A stretch of 48,317 bases of DNA from Sulfolobales archaeon (GTDB taxonomy: Archaea > Thermoproteota > Thermoprotei_A > Sulfolobales > AG1). Below the pieces are notes generated by a model. It worked only from the letters and a program-made list of their open reading frames with translations. It ran no database searches and was not told the origin of the DNA. A program made the translations under genes and the position numbers. The DNA is taken from contig JAWBYA010000009.1 in NCBI GenBank assembly GCA_038867615.1, positions 1 through 48,317 of the forward strand. The letters are read 5' to 3'. How positions within the stretch are numbered: position 1 is the stretch's first letter; every line of letters begins with the position of its first letter. Positions 28,039 to 39,619 of this stretch are shown one piece after another.

Positions 28039-30681
28039 ATGATTTATAAGATCATCTCTCTGGCGTTATTAACAATGTTCTTCATAGCAATATTCACCGT
28101 GGTAGTATCTGCCCAGGATCCTTCGGCTTATGTTAAAAACCCTAAGATAGATCCAGCGGTTGCTAGGGAACTCATGGATAAAGGCTACTCTGAGGCTATA
28201 GTTATTCTCGATAGATATGATGAGTCTGCAATAGACAGGATAGCCAGTATCATTGGTAGAGATAATATTATTAATCGCTATATGAATATCCCCTACATAT
28301 ATGCCAAGATAAGCCTCAACGCGATCCCAGGCTTGGTAATGTCTGGCGATGTGGTGTGGGTTGCACCTAACGTTGTATTTAGAAAGATACCAATGGATAG
28401 AGTGTCTCTCTTTAATTATGAAAAGCTGCAGTCATCGATCGGAATTCCTGCTCTAGTCAACTGGGGTCTCTTTAGAACAGGCACCATAGCTGTGTGGAGG
28501 GAGTTTAACATGACTGGTGAGGGGGTTATAATAGCTGTGCTTGATACGGGGGTTAATATAAACCACCCTCTGATACGGGGTAAAATGTATACTATAAATA
28601 ACAGTGATCCCGGCTACCCGGGTGGGTGGATAGAGTTCGACTCAAAAGGCAGGCCTGTTTGCAGTACGCCTCACGATACAGACGGTCATGGCTCGTGGAC
28701 AACCTCGATAGCTGTTGGGGGCGATACTAACGAGCTCCTGATAGGCTATGCCCCACGAGCAATGTATATCCACGCCCTAGTCCTCCCAACAGGGTCTGGT
28801 ACTTTTGCACAGGTTCTCGCAGGGATAGACTGGGCAGCCGACCCCTATCTATGCAACGGTGTAAGGGTATCATCTATTCTCGGCAAGCTCTTCAGACCAA
28901 ATATCGTCTCCATGAGCTTCGGCTCCGAGGGTAACTACTCTAATTACCTACTCCCAGCGATTAGAAGACTTCTGGAGCTTGGAATAATACCGGTGGCAGC
29001 CATTGGTAACGGGGGTATATATACTAGTTCTAACCCGGGCAACATATGGGGGGTTTTTGGTGTTGGCTCTGTGGAGAGGGACGATACAGTATCGCTCTTC
29101 AGCTCCGGTGAGCGTGTTGAGTGGCCTGAACCTCCCTCTTTGTGGCCCTTCAAAGGCGGCTATCCGAAGGAGTACTATAAACCAGATTTTGTTCTACCAG
29201 CAGTTATGATCCCGGGCGCATATCTATCGGAAGATCTAATAGCTATTGGGAGTGGAACTAGTGCTGCGGCACCGGCACTTTCAGGGATCTTGGCCTTGGC
29301 GATCCAGGCCATGAGATCCAGAGGGGTCAATGTTTCTCCCGATATTCTCTATGATCTCCTCTCGGCAACCTCTTATAGAGTTGATAATATGTCTAAGATT
29401 AGGTATGGTAATGGGGTTGTTAATGCATTTACATTGACAGCAAGCATCTTGGGCTATAGATTGTCATCTATTAATGGATCGAGTGATGCAGAGAGCTATA
29501 GAGTAGGGTCTAGAGGTTCTTTCAGCCTGAAGGATTTTCAAGGATCCTTTACCCTATACCTAGACGATCAGATGTTTCAAGGATCTAGAGGGACGGCGAT
29601 CTTTACAGTACCGCCCTCCGACTATGGTGATCATTATGTACATGCATTCTCGCTAGACCGAGGTATATATAGCTATAAGCGGATAAAGATAGTGCCAAGC
29701 ATATCGGTCTATGGAGGTTCTCGCTCTGGTAACGAGATCTTCTTAAGGCTGGATGGCTTCCCAGCAGTTGAGCTGATAATCATTAGATATCTAAGCACAC
29801 AGATCCCGGATACGAGGGGGAGTATCATTGCAATAGATTTCCCCAATCTTAGAGGAAGAATAGATATATCTACGAGGCTCCCATATGTGGGTGATCCACA
29901 GAGAACATATATAATGGCCTCCGACATCGTAGGCCTGGTTAGTGCTTCGATAGGCATAACCATAGAGCCTCCACAACCCCAACAAGTAGTGACAGTACTC
30001 CAAGCTTCTGAACAGTTGCAGCTATTGATAAGCGGCCCCCAGGTGGCTTATTTAGGCGAGACTGTTAGTATCAATATCTACCCGCTCAGAGAGGGTGAAA
30101 GTATCACGAGCAATATAACGGTATATGTATATTATATGGGTGATGGCAACATTACACCTTCTCTAATCATGAAAGTCCAGAAGATATCGGAGAATCTAGG
30201 TATAAGTGTGAGGCCGAATAACACGGGGTTGTATATTATATGGGTTGCGGCACATTCCCAACAGGTTCTCGTCGGGGAAGCTATGTACTCCTTCAGGGTT
30301 GTTCCTTATGAGGAGGCAGCCAGGATTGAATCGATACTGAGGAATCTATCCTTATTATCAGCCCAGGTCATGGGCCTTAACAGTTCTTTAGGGGATATAA
30401 TAGGTATTGTGACAGGCCTCAGAGACTCATATATAGATCTTGCTAATAGGTATGCTGATCTCTATAGGAGTGTTAGCATGCTTAGTAAAGAACTTAATGA
30501 GACTAAAAAAGAGCTGCTAGGAACTAAAGAAGATCTGGCAGCAACTGTTAGGGGTGTTGAAGAGCTCAAAGCTCTAAGATCCTTACTATTTATAGCGATA
30601 CCCCTCATGATAGCTATAGTAGCTGTAGCCCTCATAATCATTATAAAAACTAGGAGGAGCTCGTCTCTGACTATCTCTTAA
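28039..30681 (+). CDS. Secreted, membrane-anchored S8 subtilisin-like serine protease
   Basis: Signal peptide, propeptide, triad VLDTG / DGHGS / SGTSAAAP, oxyanion AAIGN, C-terminal coiled coil, TM helix and basic tail. Confidence 0.92.
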   Translation: MIYKIISLALLTMFFIAIFTVVVSAQDPSAYVKNPKIDPAVARELMDKGYSEAIVILDRYDESAIDRIASIIGRDNIINRYMNIPYIYAKISLNAIPGLVMSGDVVWVAPNVVFRKIPMDRVSLFNYEKLQSSIGIPALVNWGLFRTGTIAVWREFNMTGEGVIIAVLDTGVNINHPLIRGKMYTINNSDPGYPGGWIEFDSKGRPVCSTPHDTDGHGSWTTSIAVGGDTNELLIGYAPRAMYIHALVLPTGSGTFAQVLAGIDWAADPYLCNGVRVSSILGKLFRPNIVSMSFGSEGNYSNYLLPAIRRLLELGIIPVAAIGNGGIYTSSNPGNIWGVFGVGSVERDDTVSLFSSGERVEWPEPPSLWPFKGGYPKEYYKPDFVLPAVMIPGAYLSEDLIAIGSGTSAAAPALSGILALAIQAMRSRGVNVSPDILYDLLSATSYRVDNMSKIRYGNGVVNAFTLTASILGYRLSSINGSSDAESYRVGSRGSFSLKDFQGSFTLYLDDQMFQGSRGTAIFTVPPSDYGDHYVHAFSLDRGIYSYKRIKIVPSISVYGGSRSGNEIFLRLDGFPAVELIIIRYLSTQIPDTRGSIIAIDFPNLRGRIDISTRLPYVGDPQRTYIMASDIVGLVSASIGITIEPPQPQQVVTVLQASEQLQLLISGPQVAYLGETVSINIYPLREGESITSNITVYVYYMGDGNITPSLIMKVQKISENLGISVRPNNTGLYIIWVAAHSQQVLVGEAMYSFRVVPYEEAARIESILRNLSLLSAQVMGLNSSLGDIIGIVTGLRDSYIDLANRYADLYRSVSMLSKELNETKKELLGTKEDLAATVRGVEELKALRSLLFIAIPLMIAIVAVALIIIIKTRRSSSLTIS

Positions 30682-30929
30682 TATTTTTCTCTTAATATTT
30701 TCTTGCCTGTTGTTTTTCACCATATAGGCTCATGGGTGTTGGGTCTAACCGTACGTCCTATCCATGGGATCTTTTTCCAAGGTATTTGGATCATAGTTCC
30801 CACTACGGCAGACTCTATAGATGTGAGGATCTATAAAGTTACGAATCTTTGAAGCATTGGTTGGGAGTAGTCTAAGGGATGGCAGGGCTATTATGCATCC
30901 ATCATTATGTCTAGCTAGGTGTAGGCTGG

Positions 30930-32300
30930 TTATTTTAGGAATATTTCCTCGTACTTTCTAACATGGTTCACGCTCTGTTTAATGTCCATGAATAGTCTGA
31001 GAGCCTCTCTCACATCGTCTTGTGTGATTTGCTTCCTGCCCTTCCTTTCAGCCAGGACCCTTGCTGGCTCTATAAGCTGGACGGCGTGTCTTAGGCTTGT
31101 CTCGCTGCCTATCTTTACCAGTTCTTCTAGGGCGCTGTCTGCTAGCTCGACTTCTTCCTCAGCAGCCCTTATTCTCAGTATTTGTCTTATCTCATCGGGC
31201 GTGTATGGTCTTGTTGGTATTATGAGGAGCCTGTCTAGGAGATCTAGTGGTATTCCATGGGGTGATTCGAGATCTGTGCCCCTTATCTTTGTAATTCCTC
31301 TATTTGTCGCCATTATTATTATCGGCGCGAACTCGCTCTCCATGGCTCTTGTAAGGAAGCTGAAGGCCTCTATGTCAAGCATATGGACATCATCTATGAA
31401 CAGGACCCCTGGTACTAGTTCAGCCTTACCCTCCTCTATCAGCTTCTTAACGCTCTCGTCAACCTGTCTCCTCAGCTCTGGATCTATCTCCCTCTCGCTC
31501 ATAAACCCAAAGAGTGAGAAAAAGGACGCCTTCCTGAGGGCGAGGCTGAAGTCGAGATCGTTTAGTGTGAGTGTCCTTACAATCTCCTTCTCTTTTTTAA
31601 CAGGGCCCTTGGGTATCTCCACCTTTTTGACAACATCGATATCATATAGTCTGGCACCCTCGACCTCGGTTCTCCCAACCAGGTTTACCGCTCCCGTCTG
31701 CGCGTCTATCCATATAACATCACCTCTCCTTATGCCCATCTCTCTCAGCTGTGATGCGACCTCCTGTCCAACGTTCAGCGTCACCTGGTCATCCTTTGTG
31801 GCGAGCACTATGGTTGCTTCTCTAGGAATAAACATTTGGGGTCCGTATGGTGATTTGGGTACTCTGTATTTGATCTCCTTGACATAGCCCTCGTATACAA
31901 GCCTGAACTCCCTTATCCTCACACCAATAGCCTTTCTAAGCGCTTGCATTAGAACCTCTGTTTTCTTAACCTCTGACGAGTAGATCTCAGATGCATCCAT
32001 AGCTACGAAGGGCGTGTCCTCACCAAGTTCTTTCGCTATGGCAAGGGCTATAGCTGTCTTGCCCGTCCCCGGCGGGCCTACAAAAAGTATTCCTCTCCCA
32101 GCCATCTTACCCTCTCTGATCATCTGGACAACTATTCCGGCAGCCTCTCTAGCCTCAAGCTGTCCAACCAGCCCGTCTCCAACGGGCTTTGGCTTCCCAT
32201 CGCTATCAAGTCCAAGTCCTCTTATGTGGCTATGCATCCCTTTTCTTTTGAATGCTGTTGTCTTTATCTCCTTGATCATTTCTGACATAGCATCCACCAA
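30930..32300 (-). CDS. TIP49 / RuvB-like AAA+ ATPase (Rvb1/2 homolog)
   Basis: [48 protein letters not shown]. Confidence 0.96.
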   Translation of the reverse strand: MVDAMSEMIKEIKTTAFKRKGMHSHIRGLGLDSDGKPKPVGDGLVGQLEAREAAGIVVQMIREGKMAGRGILFVGPPGTGKTAIALAIAKELGEDTPFVAMDASEIYSSEVKKTEVLMQALRKAIGVRIREFRLVYEGYVKEIKYRVPKSPYGPQMFIPREATIVLATKDDQVTLNVGQEVASQLREMGIRRGDVIWIDAQTGAVNLVGRTEVEGARLYDIDVVKKVEIPKGPVKKEKEIVRTLTLNDLDFSLALRKASFFSLFGFMSEREIDPELRRQVDESVKKLIEEGKAELVPGVLFIDDVHMLDIEAFSFLTRAMESEFAPIIIMATNRGITKIRGTDLESPHGIPLDLLDRLLIIPTRPYTPDEIRQILRIRAAEEEVELADSALEELVKIGSETSLRHAVQLIEPARVLAERKGRKQITQDDVREALRLFMDIKQSVNHVRKYEEIFLK

Positions 32301-32415
32301 TTAGATATTATATAAGGCCTATCCTATTAGCTTGACACATACGAAATGATCCACGAATCTGGTTGTATTGGTGAATTGATATAGTTCCTACGAATATGTC
32401 TCTCAGGGGCAGGTT

Positions 32416-33264
32416 ATGAGGATAGGTGTTTACTTTAGACCCTCATCCGAGCTAGCCGCAGAGATCGCTTCGAGAGTTATTGATGAGGGTGTTAAAAACG
32501 GTGCTGAGATGTATATCGAGGAATCTCTATTAAAAGAACCAAGAGCCTCGACCATTATCTCTAGTAAGAGGGTTAGGACTTTCAGCTTTGAAAAGCCTGA
32601 GGTTGATGTGGTCGCGGTTGTCGGTGGTGATGGAACCCTTCTTAGAGCTCTTCACATGCTGGGGGATCATAGGATCCCGGTAATGACAATAAGGATGGGT
32701 AGGAGGGGTTTTCTTCTAGATGTAACGCCCCTCGAGATCCCTGAGAGGATAAGCGATCTGTTGAGGGGTAAGTATAATGTTGTTAGCTATACCAGACTTT
32801 CAGCCAGGATTGGGAACGAGAGGATGCCGCCAGCGTTAAACGAGGTTTCTGTTGTTGCCAGCACTAGATCCAAAGTGATTAGGTTGAAGGTGTATAGAGA
32901 TGATAAGTTTGTTTACTACATGGAGGGAGACGGCGTGATAGTGGCAACACCGCTAGGGTCTACGGCGTATTCTATGTCTGCCGGGGGACCTATACTTGAT
33001 CATAGCTTGAGGGGTTTTGTAGTGACACCATTAGCCCCTGTACAGGCGTGGCTTAGACCCGTAGTATTCGATCTCAATACTAAGATCCGCGTAGTACTTG
33101 TTGAGAACTCTATAGAAGGTTACGTTATAGTGGATGGACAGACAAGCATGGAGATCCCGCCTGGTGGGGCTGTTCTAGTCGAGGTTCACCACGAGCCTGC
33201 CAGGATAATAAGGTTTCATGATATCGATACACTGTACGAGAGGATCTTTCCAAGGGTGATTTAA
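32416..33264 (+). CDS. nadK: NAD(+) kinase
   Basis: GGDGTLL, ALNE, DGVIVATPLGSTAYSMSAGGP. Confidence 0.95.
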   Translation: MRIGVYFRPSSELAAEIASRVIDEGVKNGAEMYIEESLLKEPRASTIISSKRVRTFSFEKPEVDVVAVVGGDGTLLRALHMLGDHRIPVMTIRMGRRGFLLDVTPLEIPERISDLLRGKYNVVSYTRLSARIGNERMPPALNEVSVVASTRSKVIRLKVYRDDKFVYYMEGDGVIVATPLGSTAYSMSAGGPILDHSLRGFVVTPLAPVQAWLRPVVFDLNTKIRVVLVENSIEGYVIVDGQTSMEIPPGGAVLVEVHHEPARIIRFHDIDTLYERIFPRVI

Positions 33265-33276
33265 TAGCCCGGACGT

Positions 33277-33771
33277 GTGGTTTTATTGATGACCCGTGCG
33301 ATAGTTATCGATGCAGCCGGCTTTTTCTCAGGCCATGTACTGCTATTGCCACATGAAAGGGTCTTTACTGTAAAGGAGGTTGTGGAAGAGATAAAGGATC
33401 CCATGAGCAGGGCTATCTATGAGAATGCAGCTAGCGCTGGTAAGGTAAGTGTTCTCGAGCCAAGCGTTAGCGGTATTAGAAAAGCCATAGATGCTGCTAC
33501 AGAGGAGGGTATTATCGATGCTCTCTCTGAGGCTGATAAGAAACTCCTAGCCCTAGCTCTAGATCTTGTTGATAAGGGCTACGAAGTTTTGCTAATCACA
33601 GACGATAGTTATCTCCACAGACTCGCCAAGAAGCTGGGAATAAAAACCAAGGGTGTGAGAAGACCTGTTCCCAGGTTTTTCAAACCGAAGCTATATATAT
33701 GCAGAGTATGTGGTTATAAGACTATGAAGAGGATAGAGGCATGTCCCCAATGTGGTTCTAAGATATATTGA
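33277..33771 (+). CDS. nob1: Nob1-family PIN endonuclease with Zn ribbon
   Basis: IDAAGF, EVVEEIKD, LSEAD, TDD, CRVCG..CPQCGS. Confidence 0.88.
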   Translation: MVLLMTRAIVIDAAGFFSGHVLLLPHERVFTVKEVVEEIKDPMSRAIYENAASAGKVSVLEPSVSGIRKAIDAATEEGIIDALSEADKKLLALALDLVDKGYEVLLITDDSYLHRLAKKLGIKTKGVRRPVPRFFKPKLYICRVCGYKTMKRIEACPQCGSKIY

Positions 33772-34075
33772 GAATATATTGGGCTTTCAGAGCTATACCT
33801 GATCCAGATAGTTCGCGGCTTCTCCAGTTTCTATTAATACTAGATTAGTAAAAGTTTTATTCTAGTATTAGGGTGTTATTTCGTTAGTTATTGATCAATG
33901 GTTCCAAGTTACCAGGTATATAGAGCTTGGCTGTTCATCTCGAGGGCCTCTCCATAAAATGGGTAGAGGATCTAGCATAGAGGGGGATAGTGCTTGTTAT
34001 AGCGTTTCATATTGATTATATCACTATCTATGTTTTTACAGCTGCTCTTCATAAACATAGGCATGGAATCCTAGG

Positions 34076-35293
34076 TTAGCTGGTTTTCTTCAAAAGTGCT
34101 ATGAAGAACCCTGGGTGCTTATCCCTAGGGTCAAAAGTGATCGTACCTAGGCTGGAGATCTTTGCTATCTTTTTAACCCATGAAGGGGGTTCGATTACCT
34201 TAAAGATCCCTCTATTTACCATCTCCTCCACCAATCCTTGGTTCTCATTGTATGTTATTGAGCATGTTGAGTAAACCAGGAGACCCCCGTTCTTGAGGAT
34301 CCTGGATGCTTCTTCAAGTAGTTGCCTTTGATATTTAACAATGCTTTCAAGATCTCTCCATGTGAATTTATGCCATATCTTAGGTCTTACTCCTGTGGAG
34401 CTGCATGGCGGATCTAGTATGATCTTGTCTGGTCTGACATGAGCGAGATCTTTGCTTAGATACCTTGCATCAAGCCTCAAGATCTCAGCTTTTCCTATAT
34501 GTCCAAGCCTCTCTAGGTGCTCCATCATCTCCTGGATCCTGCTGGCTGAGTGGTCTATAGCATATATGGTTGCCATACCCTTCGATAGCTCTATTAGATG
34601 TCCCGTCTTACCTCCTGGTGCTGCGCACATATCTATAATAACCTCGTGGGCGTTGGGGTTGAGGAGCTTTGAAGCTACCATTGATGGGAGTGATTGTGGA
34701 TAGACCAGCCCTTCTCTCCATATACTCAGCTCTCTTAACGGTGCAGCTCTATATAGGCTTTCTAAGACCTCGATAAAGATCCCTCTTTTGATTCTCATAA
34801 CATCCTTACAATCCGCGAGAGCATTTCCATTGGCTAAAATAATCCCGTTCTCAGATACGACTGTGACTTCGTCCCCTTTCCTAACATCTCCGCACGAAAT
34901 AACCCCTGGTGCGTAGAGGTTAGAACCCATCATAACAGACTCGGATGCTCTCTTATCGGCAACCACCACCTTGCCTCTTAACGTTACTTTATAAGGCCCT
35001 TCTACAGGGATGTAGATAGCCTCATCAAGCACGGTATCGCTATAAGCCCTATACCCCTGCCTCTCGATCATATCAATAACCATCTCTCTGGAGGCTCTCA
35101 GGAGGTTAACCCTCATATAAAGCCCAGCAGGGGGCTTCGTTATAGAGGTGAGTATGCTATCAATATCTCCCCCCAGGGCTTTGACGATGGATTCTATGAC
35201 TTTTTCGTCGTATAGAAACAAAGATCTGATATTTTTTACCTCGTCGATATATATGTAACCTACGCCCCTCATTATCATTAGCCTTGTATCCAC
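34076..35293 (-). CDS. PUA-domain RsmB/NOP m5C RNA methyltransferase (NSUN6-like)
   Basis: RVN, PUA (GSNLYAPGV), DMCAAPGGKT, LDPPCS, YSTCS. Confidence 0.9.
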   Translation of the reverse strand: MDTRLMIMRGVGYIYIDEVKNIRSLFLYDEKVIESIVKALGGDIDSILTSITKPPAGLYMRVNLLRASREMVIDMIERQGYRAYSDTVLDEAIYIPVEGPYKVTLRGKVVVADKRASESVMMGSNLYAPGVISCGDVRKGDEVTVVSENGIILANGNALADCKDVMRIKRGIFIEVLESLYRAAPLRELSIWREGLVYPQSLPSMVASKLLNPNAHEVIIDMCAAPGGKTGHLIELSKGMATIYAIDHSASRIQEMMEHLERLGHIGKAEILRLDARYLSKDLAHVRPDKIILDPPCSSTGVRPKIWHKFTWRDLESIVKYQRQLLEEASRILKNGGLLVYSTCSITYNENQGLVEEMVNRGIFKVIEPPSWVKKIAKISSLGTITFDPRDKHPGFFIALLKKTS

Positions 35294-35695
35294 ATTCAGA
35301 TACGCTATGTGGAGTAAAAAAGTATAGGATCTCTCCGCCGGTTCTCCGAGACAAGTCCTAATCCGCCTAGGTCTCGATCTAGTTTGTCATTACGCATTGT
35401 GTTTATCCCTACTGGATCGTAGCTATCCACCATTAATTAGAAGCTAAAAACATTGTAGCCATGATATATTTTCACGCAAGGCGATAAAAAGATCTGTGGA
35501 AGGTTCTTAGCTGCTAACCACAGAACAGGGTGGAGCAACGTTTCAAGCATCTCCAGCACCTACTGAGTTTTATTTAAACGTGTTGGGCTTCCTTGCTGTG
35601 TGGTTTTGATTTCATCGCGGGTGATGCTGCGCCGCGTAAGAGCGATCTAATATAAACTCTTTAAATGATGTGATTTTTGATGATATCTGATCTAG

Positions 35696-35806
35696 CGCCG
35701 GGGGCGGGATTCGAACCCGCGCGGGGTGGGAGCCCCAGTGGGTCTCCCACGTTTTCTATGCTGGAGGTCTCGAGCCCACCCCCTTGGGCCGCTCGGGCAC
35801 CCCGGC
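35696..35806 (-). tRNA. tRNA-Ser(CGA) with a 25-nt intron at 37/38 (35744..35768)
   Basis: GCCGGGG/CCCCGGC acceptor, GTGGG-CTCGAG^A-CCCAC, long variable arm, GCGGG-TTCGAAT-CCCGC; relaxed BHB (CUCG/UGGG); CCA not encoded. Confidence 0.95.
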
Positions 35807-35886
35807 CCATCTTTTTAGATTCCTCTCTCCCTTATATCCAGCTATATTTCTATCTTGCATGAGGCTCTTCCTTTTTAGCTCCGTAG

Positions 35887-36840
<954 letters not shown>

Positions 36841-36883
36841 ATATCGCGAGTGACTTGATCCTTCAACTTTTCAGGGTTGGTTT

Positions 36884-37945
36884 TTGCCTAGGACTATACG
36901 TGTAGATCCCCTAGCACCGGATCCAGAGAGAATAGCTGAAGCGGTAGAGGTGCTTAGAAAAGGGGGGATAGTTGCTTTTCCCACGGAGACTGTTTACGGA
37001 CTTGGAGCCGATGCCTATAATCCAAGAGCTATAAGGAGGATCTTTGAGGTTAAGGGGAGGCCCATGGATAACCCGGTGATACTCCATGTAAGTTCATTTA
37101 ACATGTTGTTTGATGTTGCTGAGGATGTCGGCAGCGATATTATCGATATTCTAAGGGTTCTATGGCCGGGCCCATTTACAGTGGTTCTAAAGAAGAGACC
37201 AAGTATTCCTGACGAGGCTACCGCCAAGCTGCCATTGGTTGCTGTGAGGATGCCTGCACACCCAGTTGCTTTAGCCCTCATAGAGAAGCTTGGAAGGCCT
37301 ATTGCTGCACCGAGCGCCAATAGGTCTGGTAAACCTAGCCCCACTACCGCTGAGCACGTGATCGAGGATCTAGGGGATTCGGTGGATCTTGTGATAGATG
37401 GTGGAGAGACCTTCTTAGGTGTTGAATCTACAATAGTGGATCTGACCAGAAAACCGCCGATACTTCTTCGCCCGGGGCCTGTTGATCCTGAGTATCTGGA
37501 GAGAGTTGCTGGTGTTAAAATATCAATCCCGGATTTTGCCAGAGGTCTTGGGGAGGTGGAAAAAGCTCTTGCCCCGGGTATGAGGTATAGACACTATGCT
37601 CCTGATAAAAAACTAATCCTGATCGAGGACGCGCCCGGGATAGCTAAATGTGTTGAGAATCTAGTTAAGGATCTTATCGGAAAAGGTTATAGACTATGCA
37701 TAGTTGGCTATGATGAGTTATCCTATCTGAGGGATCTATTGGGTGTTGAGTATATATCGATGGGTTCAAAAGGTAATAAGTTTGAGATAGCTAAGAATCT
37801 TTTCAAAGCGCTAAGAAGCGTTGATAAGACCGATGCCGACCTCTGCATAGCTGTGGGGATCGATGAGAAAGGTATCGGTCTTGCTATTATGAATAGATTG
37901 AGAAAAGCATCCGGAGGTAACATTATCAGCTGCAGTGATTCTTAA
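36884..37945 (+). CDS. sua5: Threonylcarbamoyl-AMP synthase Sua5
   Basis: FPTETVYGLG, KGRP.DNP, PSANRSG, PGMRYRHYAP, MNRLRKA. Confidence 0.96.
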   Translation: MPRTIRVDPLAPDPERIAEAVEVLRKGGIVAFPTETVYGLGADAYNPRAIRRIFEVKGRPMDNPVILHVSSFNMLFDVAEDVGSDIIDILRVLWPGPFTVVLKKRPSIPDEATAKLPLVAVRMPAHPVALALIEKLGRPIAAPSANRSGKPSPTTAEHVIEDLGDSVDLVIDGGETFLGVESTIVDLTRKPPILLRPGPVDPEYLERVAGVKISIPDFARGLGEVEKALAPGMRYRHYAPDKKLILIEDAPGIAKCVENLVKDLIGKGYRLCIVGYDELSYLRDLLGVEYISMGSKGNKFEIAKNLFKALRSVDKTDADLCIAVGIDEKGIGLAIMNRLRKASGGNIISCSDS

Positions 37946-38245
37946 CACCTAGTAAGTTACTAATAAGTTACTAATGATCGCCACGCGTAACATGCGGTAC
38001 ATCTAAAAATTCACGATCCTTAATATCTACTCGCTATAGATAGGCTGTTTGGAGTTTTATTGATCTCTATCTATGACTAGTCACATTGTTGTGCGGCATC
38101 CCCATAAGATAATAGAGCCTACATAATGTTCCGCAGAGAAAAATCCAATACCAACCACTACAAACCATCATGAAATCTGGAACAGTTGGCTATGGCGTTT
38201 AGTATCTATCTCTGATGCCCCTTTACTATAATAAGGAAGTGTCAT

Positions 38246-38410
38246 ATGGTTATTGCTATCTGTGATATCTTAGTTCGGAGATGTTTACCTAGTTGCAGAT
38301 TTATTATTTGTGAGAATAATAAGCCGAGTCTTAGTAATCTATCAATGTGTGAGGAATGTTTTCAACAATTACAGTCTTTGACCCTTTGCTTTGACTCATA
38401 TACCGGTTAA
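38246..38410 (+). CDS. Possible 54-aa Cys-rich microprotein
   Basis: ATG after GGAAGTG; 7 Cys including CEEC; below the ORF-track cutoff; may be spurious. Confidence 0.25.
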   Translation: MVIAICDILVRRCLPSCRFIICENNKPSLSNLSMCEECFQQLQSLTLCFDSYTG

Positions 38411-38654
38411 TTCTCCTATGTTCTCGGCTCTAGGCTTTGTAAAGCCTTACAGGTAATAATAGTATTCAAAATATTCGTGCTAGATTGATATAGCGTTAGT
38501 GCTGCTTATTACCTCGGTAATGGTGCCTCCTGGTTCTCTTGAAATGTATTTTATATGCTGTCGTTGCTCTTGCCAGTTATTTGGTCTCTCTATGTACCAT
38601 ATGGGCTAAAGATTTAATTTACCCCTATCTATTAGTTAAACGAAGGAGGCGAGT

Positions 38655-39536
38655 GTGCCTCTGACAACATCCTCTAGCGAGGCTGTGGTTGATAGTTCTA
38701 AATCTAGTGCGAAAAGTAAGGCTAGATCCTCTGTTGCTAGGTTAATAGAGTTCTACGACTCTGTGGCTGATCTGTATGATACTTTCTTTGCTAACTACTC
38801 CCCCTTCTATAGAGAGCATTACTTGGTATTGAAACAGATCCTAGACCGTACTGTTAGTGGTATTCCAAAAGGGTCCTTTATTGCTGATATTGGTTGTGGT
38901 ACTGGTTATTGGAGTAGTTATCTAAGAGGTCTTGGATACAATGTTATCGGTGTAGATATATCGTCTAGATCTATCGGTATTCTCAGATCCAGAGGGTTGG
39001 AGGGTATAGTGGCTGATGCAAGATTACCTCCTCTTAGGGGGTGTGCTTTTGATCTTGTTGTTGCTCTTGGTTCGGTTGTTAACCATATAGAGGAACTAGA
39101 TCTCTTCTTAATGGGTATTAATAGGATCCTTAGAAGCAGGGGTATCGTTGTCTTTGATTTTGATAGTGCTAGTAGTATTGATAATATGTATGAGGCGCTT
39201 GTTTTCAGAAACTCTGTTAAGGAGTATCTGGGCTCTCTTATAGGTGTCTTTAGAAAGGGTTATAGGTTCTACTGGGATTTAGGGGGGTATTATATTAGGC
39301 TATACTCTCTCCCAGAGGTTATTGAGGCTGCGAGATCATCTGGGTTTAAGGTTGTCGATATCGTCCCTCTCCACACCTTCACATCCCTTATACCTTCTAG
39401 GATATCTGAGAAAGGAGGGTCTATTGTTAGCAGAGTCTTTAACGCGCTCCACATGCTTGAGAGATTTGGAAGGATCTTGCCGTTCTCATATATCACATCA
39501 GTCTCTATAGTTGTTGTTCTTAGGAAAACATCCTAG
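38655..39536 (+). CDS. Class I SAM-dependent methyltransferase
   Basis: ADIGCGTG, GVDIS, ADA..P, FDLVV. Confidence 0.9.
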   Translation: MPLTTSSSEAVVDSSKSSAKSKARSSVARLIEFYDSVADLYDTFFANYSPFYREHYLVLKQILDRTVSGIPKGSFIADIGCGTGYWSSYLRGLGYNVIGVDISSRSIGILRSRGLEGIVADARLPPLRGCAFDLVVALGSVVNHIEELDLFLMGINRILRSRGIVVFDFDSASSIDNMYEALVFRNSVKEYLGSLIGVFRKGYRFYWDLGGYYIRLYSLPEVIEAARSSGFKVVDIVPLHTFTSLIPSRISEKGGSIVSRVFNALHMLERFGRILPFSYITSVSIVVVLRKTS

Positions 39537-39619
39537 CTTTCGACAATTGTCGACTTGAGTAAAGTCATCTGACGATAATATATATACCCCATAGCCCAAG
39601 ATATCGAGGTGTAAGTGTT

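Noticed and set aside
30982-31887. 301-aa ORF on the plus strand
   Set aside because: Antisense shadow of TIP49; Ser/Leu-rich with no motifs. The same applies to the many other antisense ORFs (e.g. 5490..6200, 42525..43154, 35938..36483).
35626-35635. GCTGCGCCGC matches 10 nt of the tRNA-Gln trailer, so the minus strand is complementary to it
   Set aside because: It is not followed by a T-arm or acceptor strand, so it is not the missing 3' half; treated as chance.
35660-35692. TGATGA..CTGA suggesting a box C/D RNA
   Set aside because: Spacing is too short for guides and there is no D'/C' pair.
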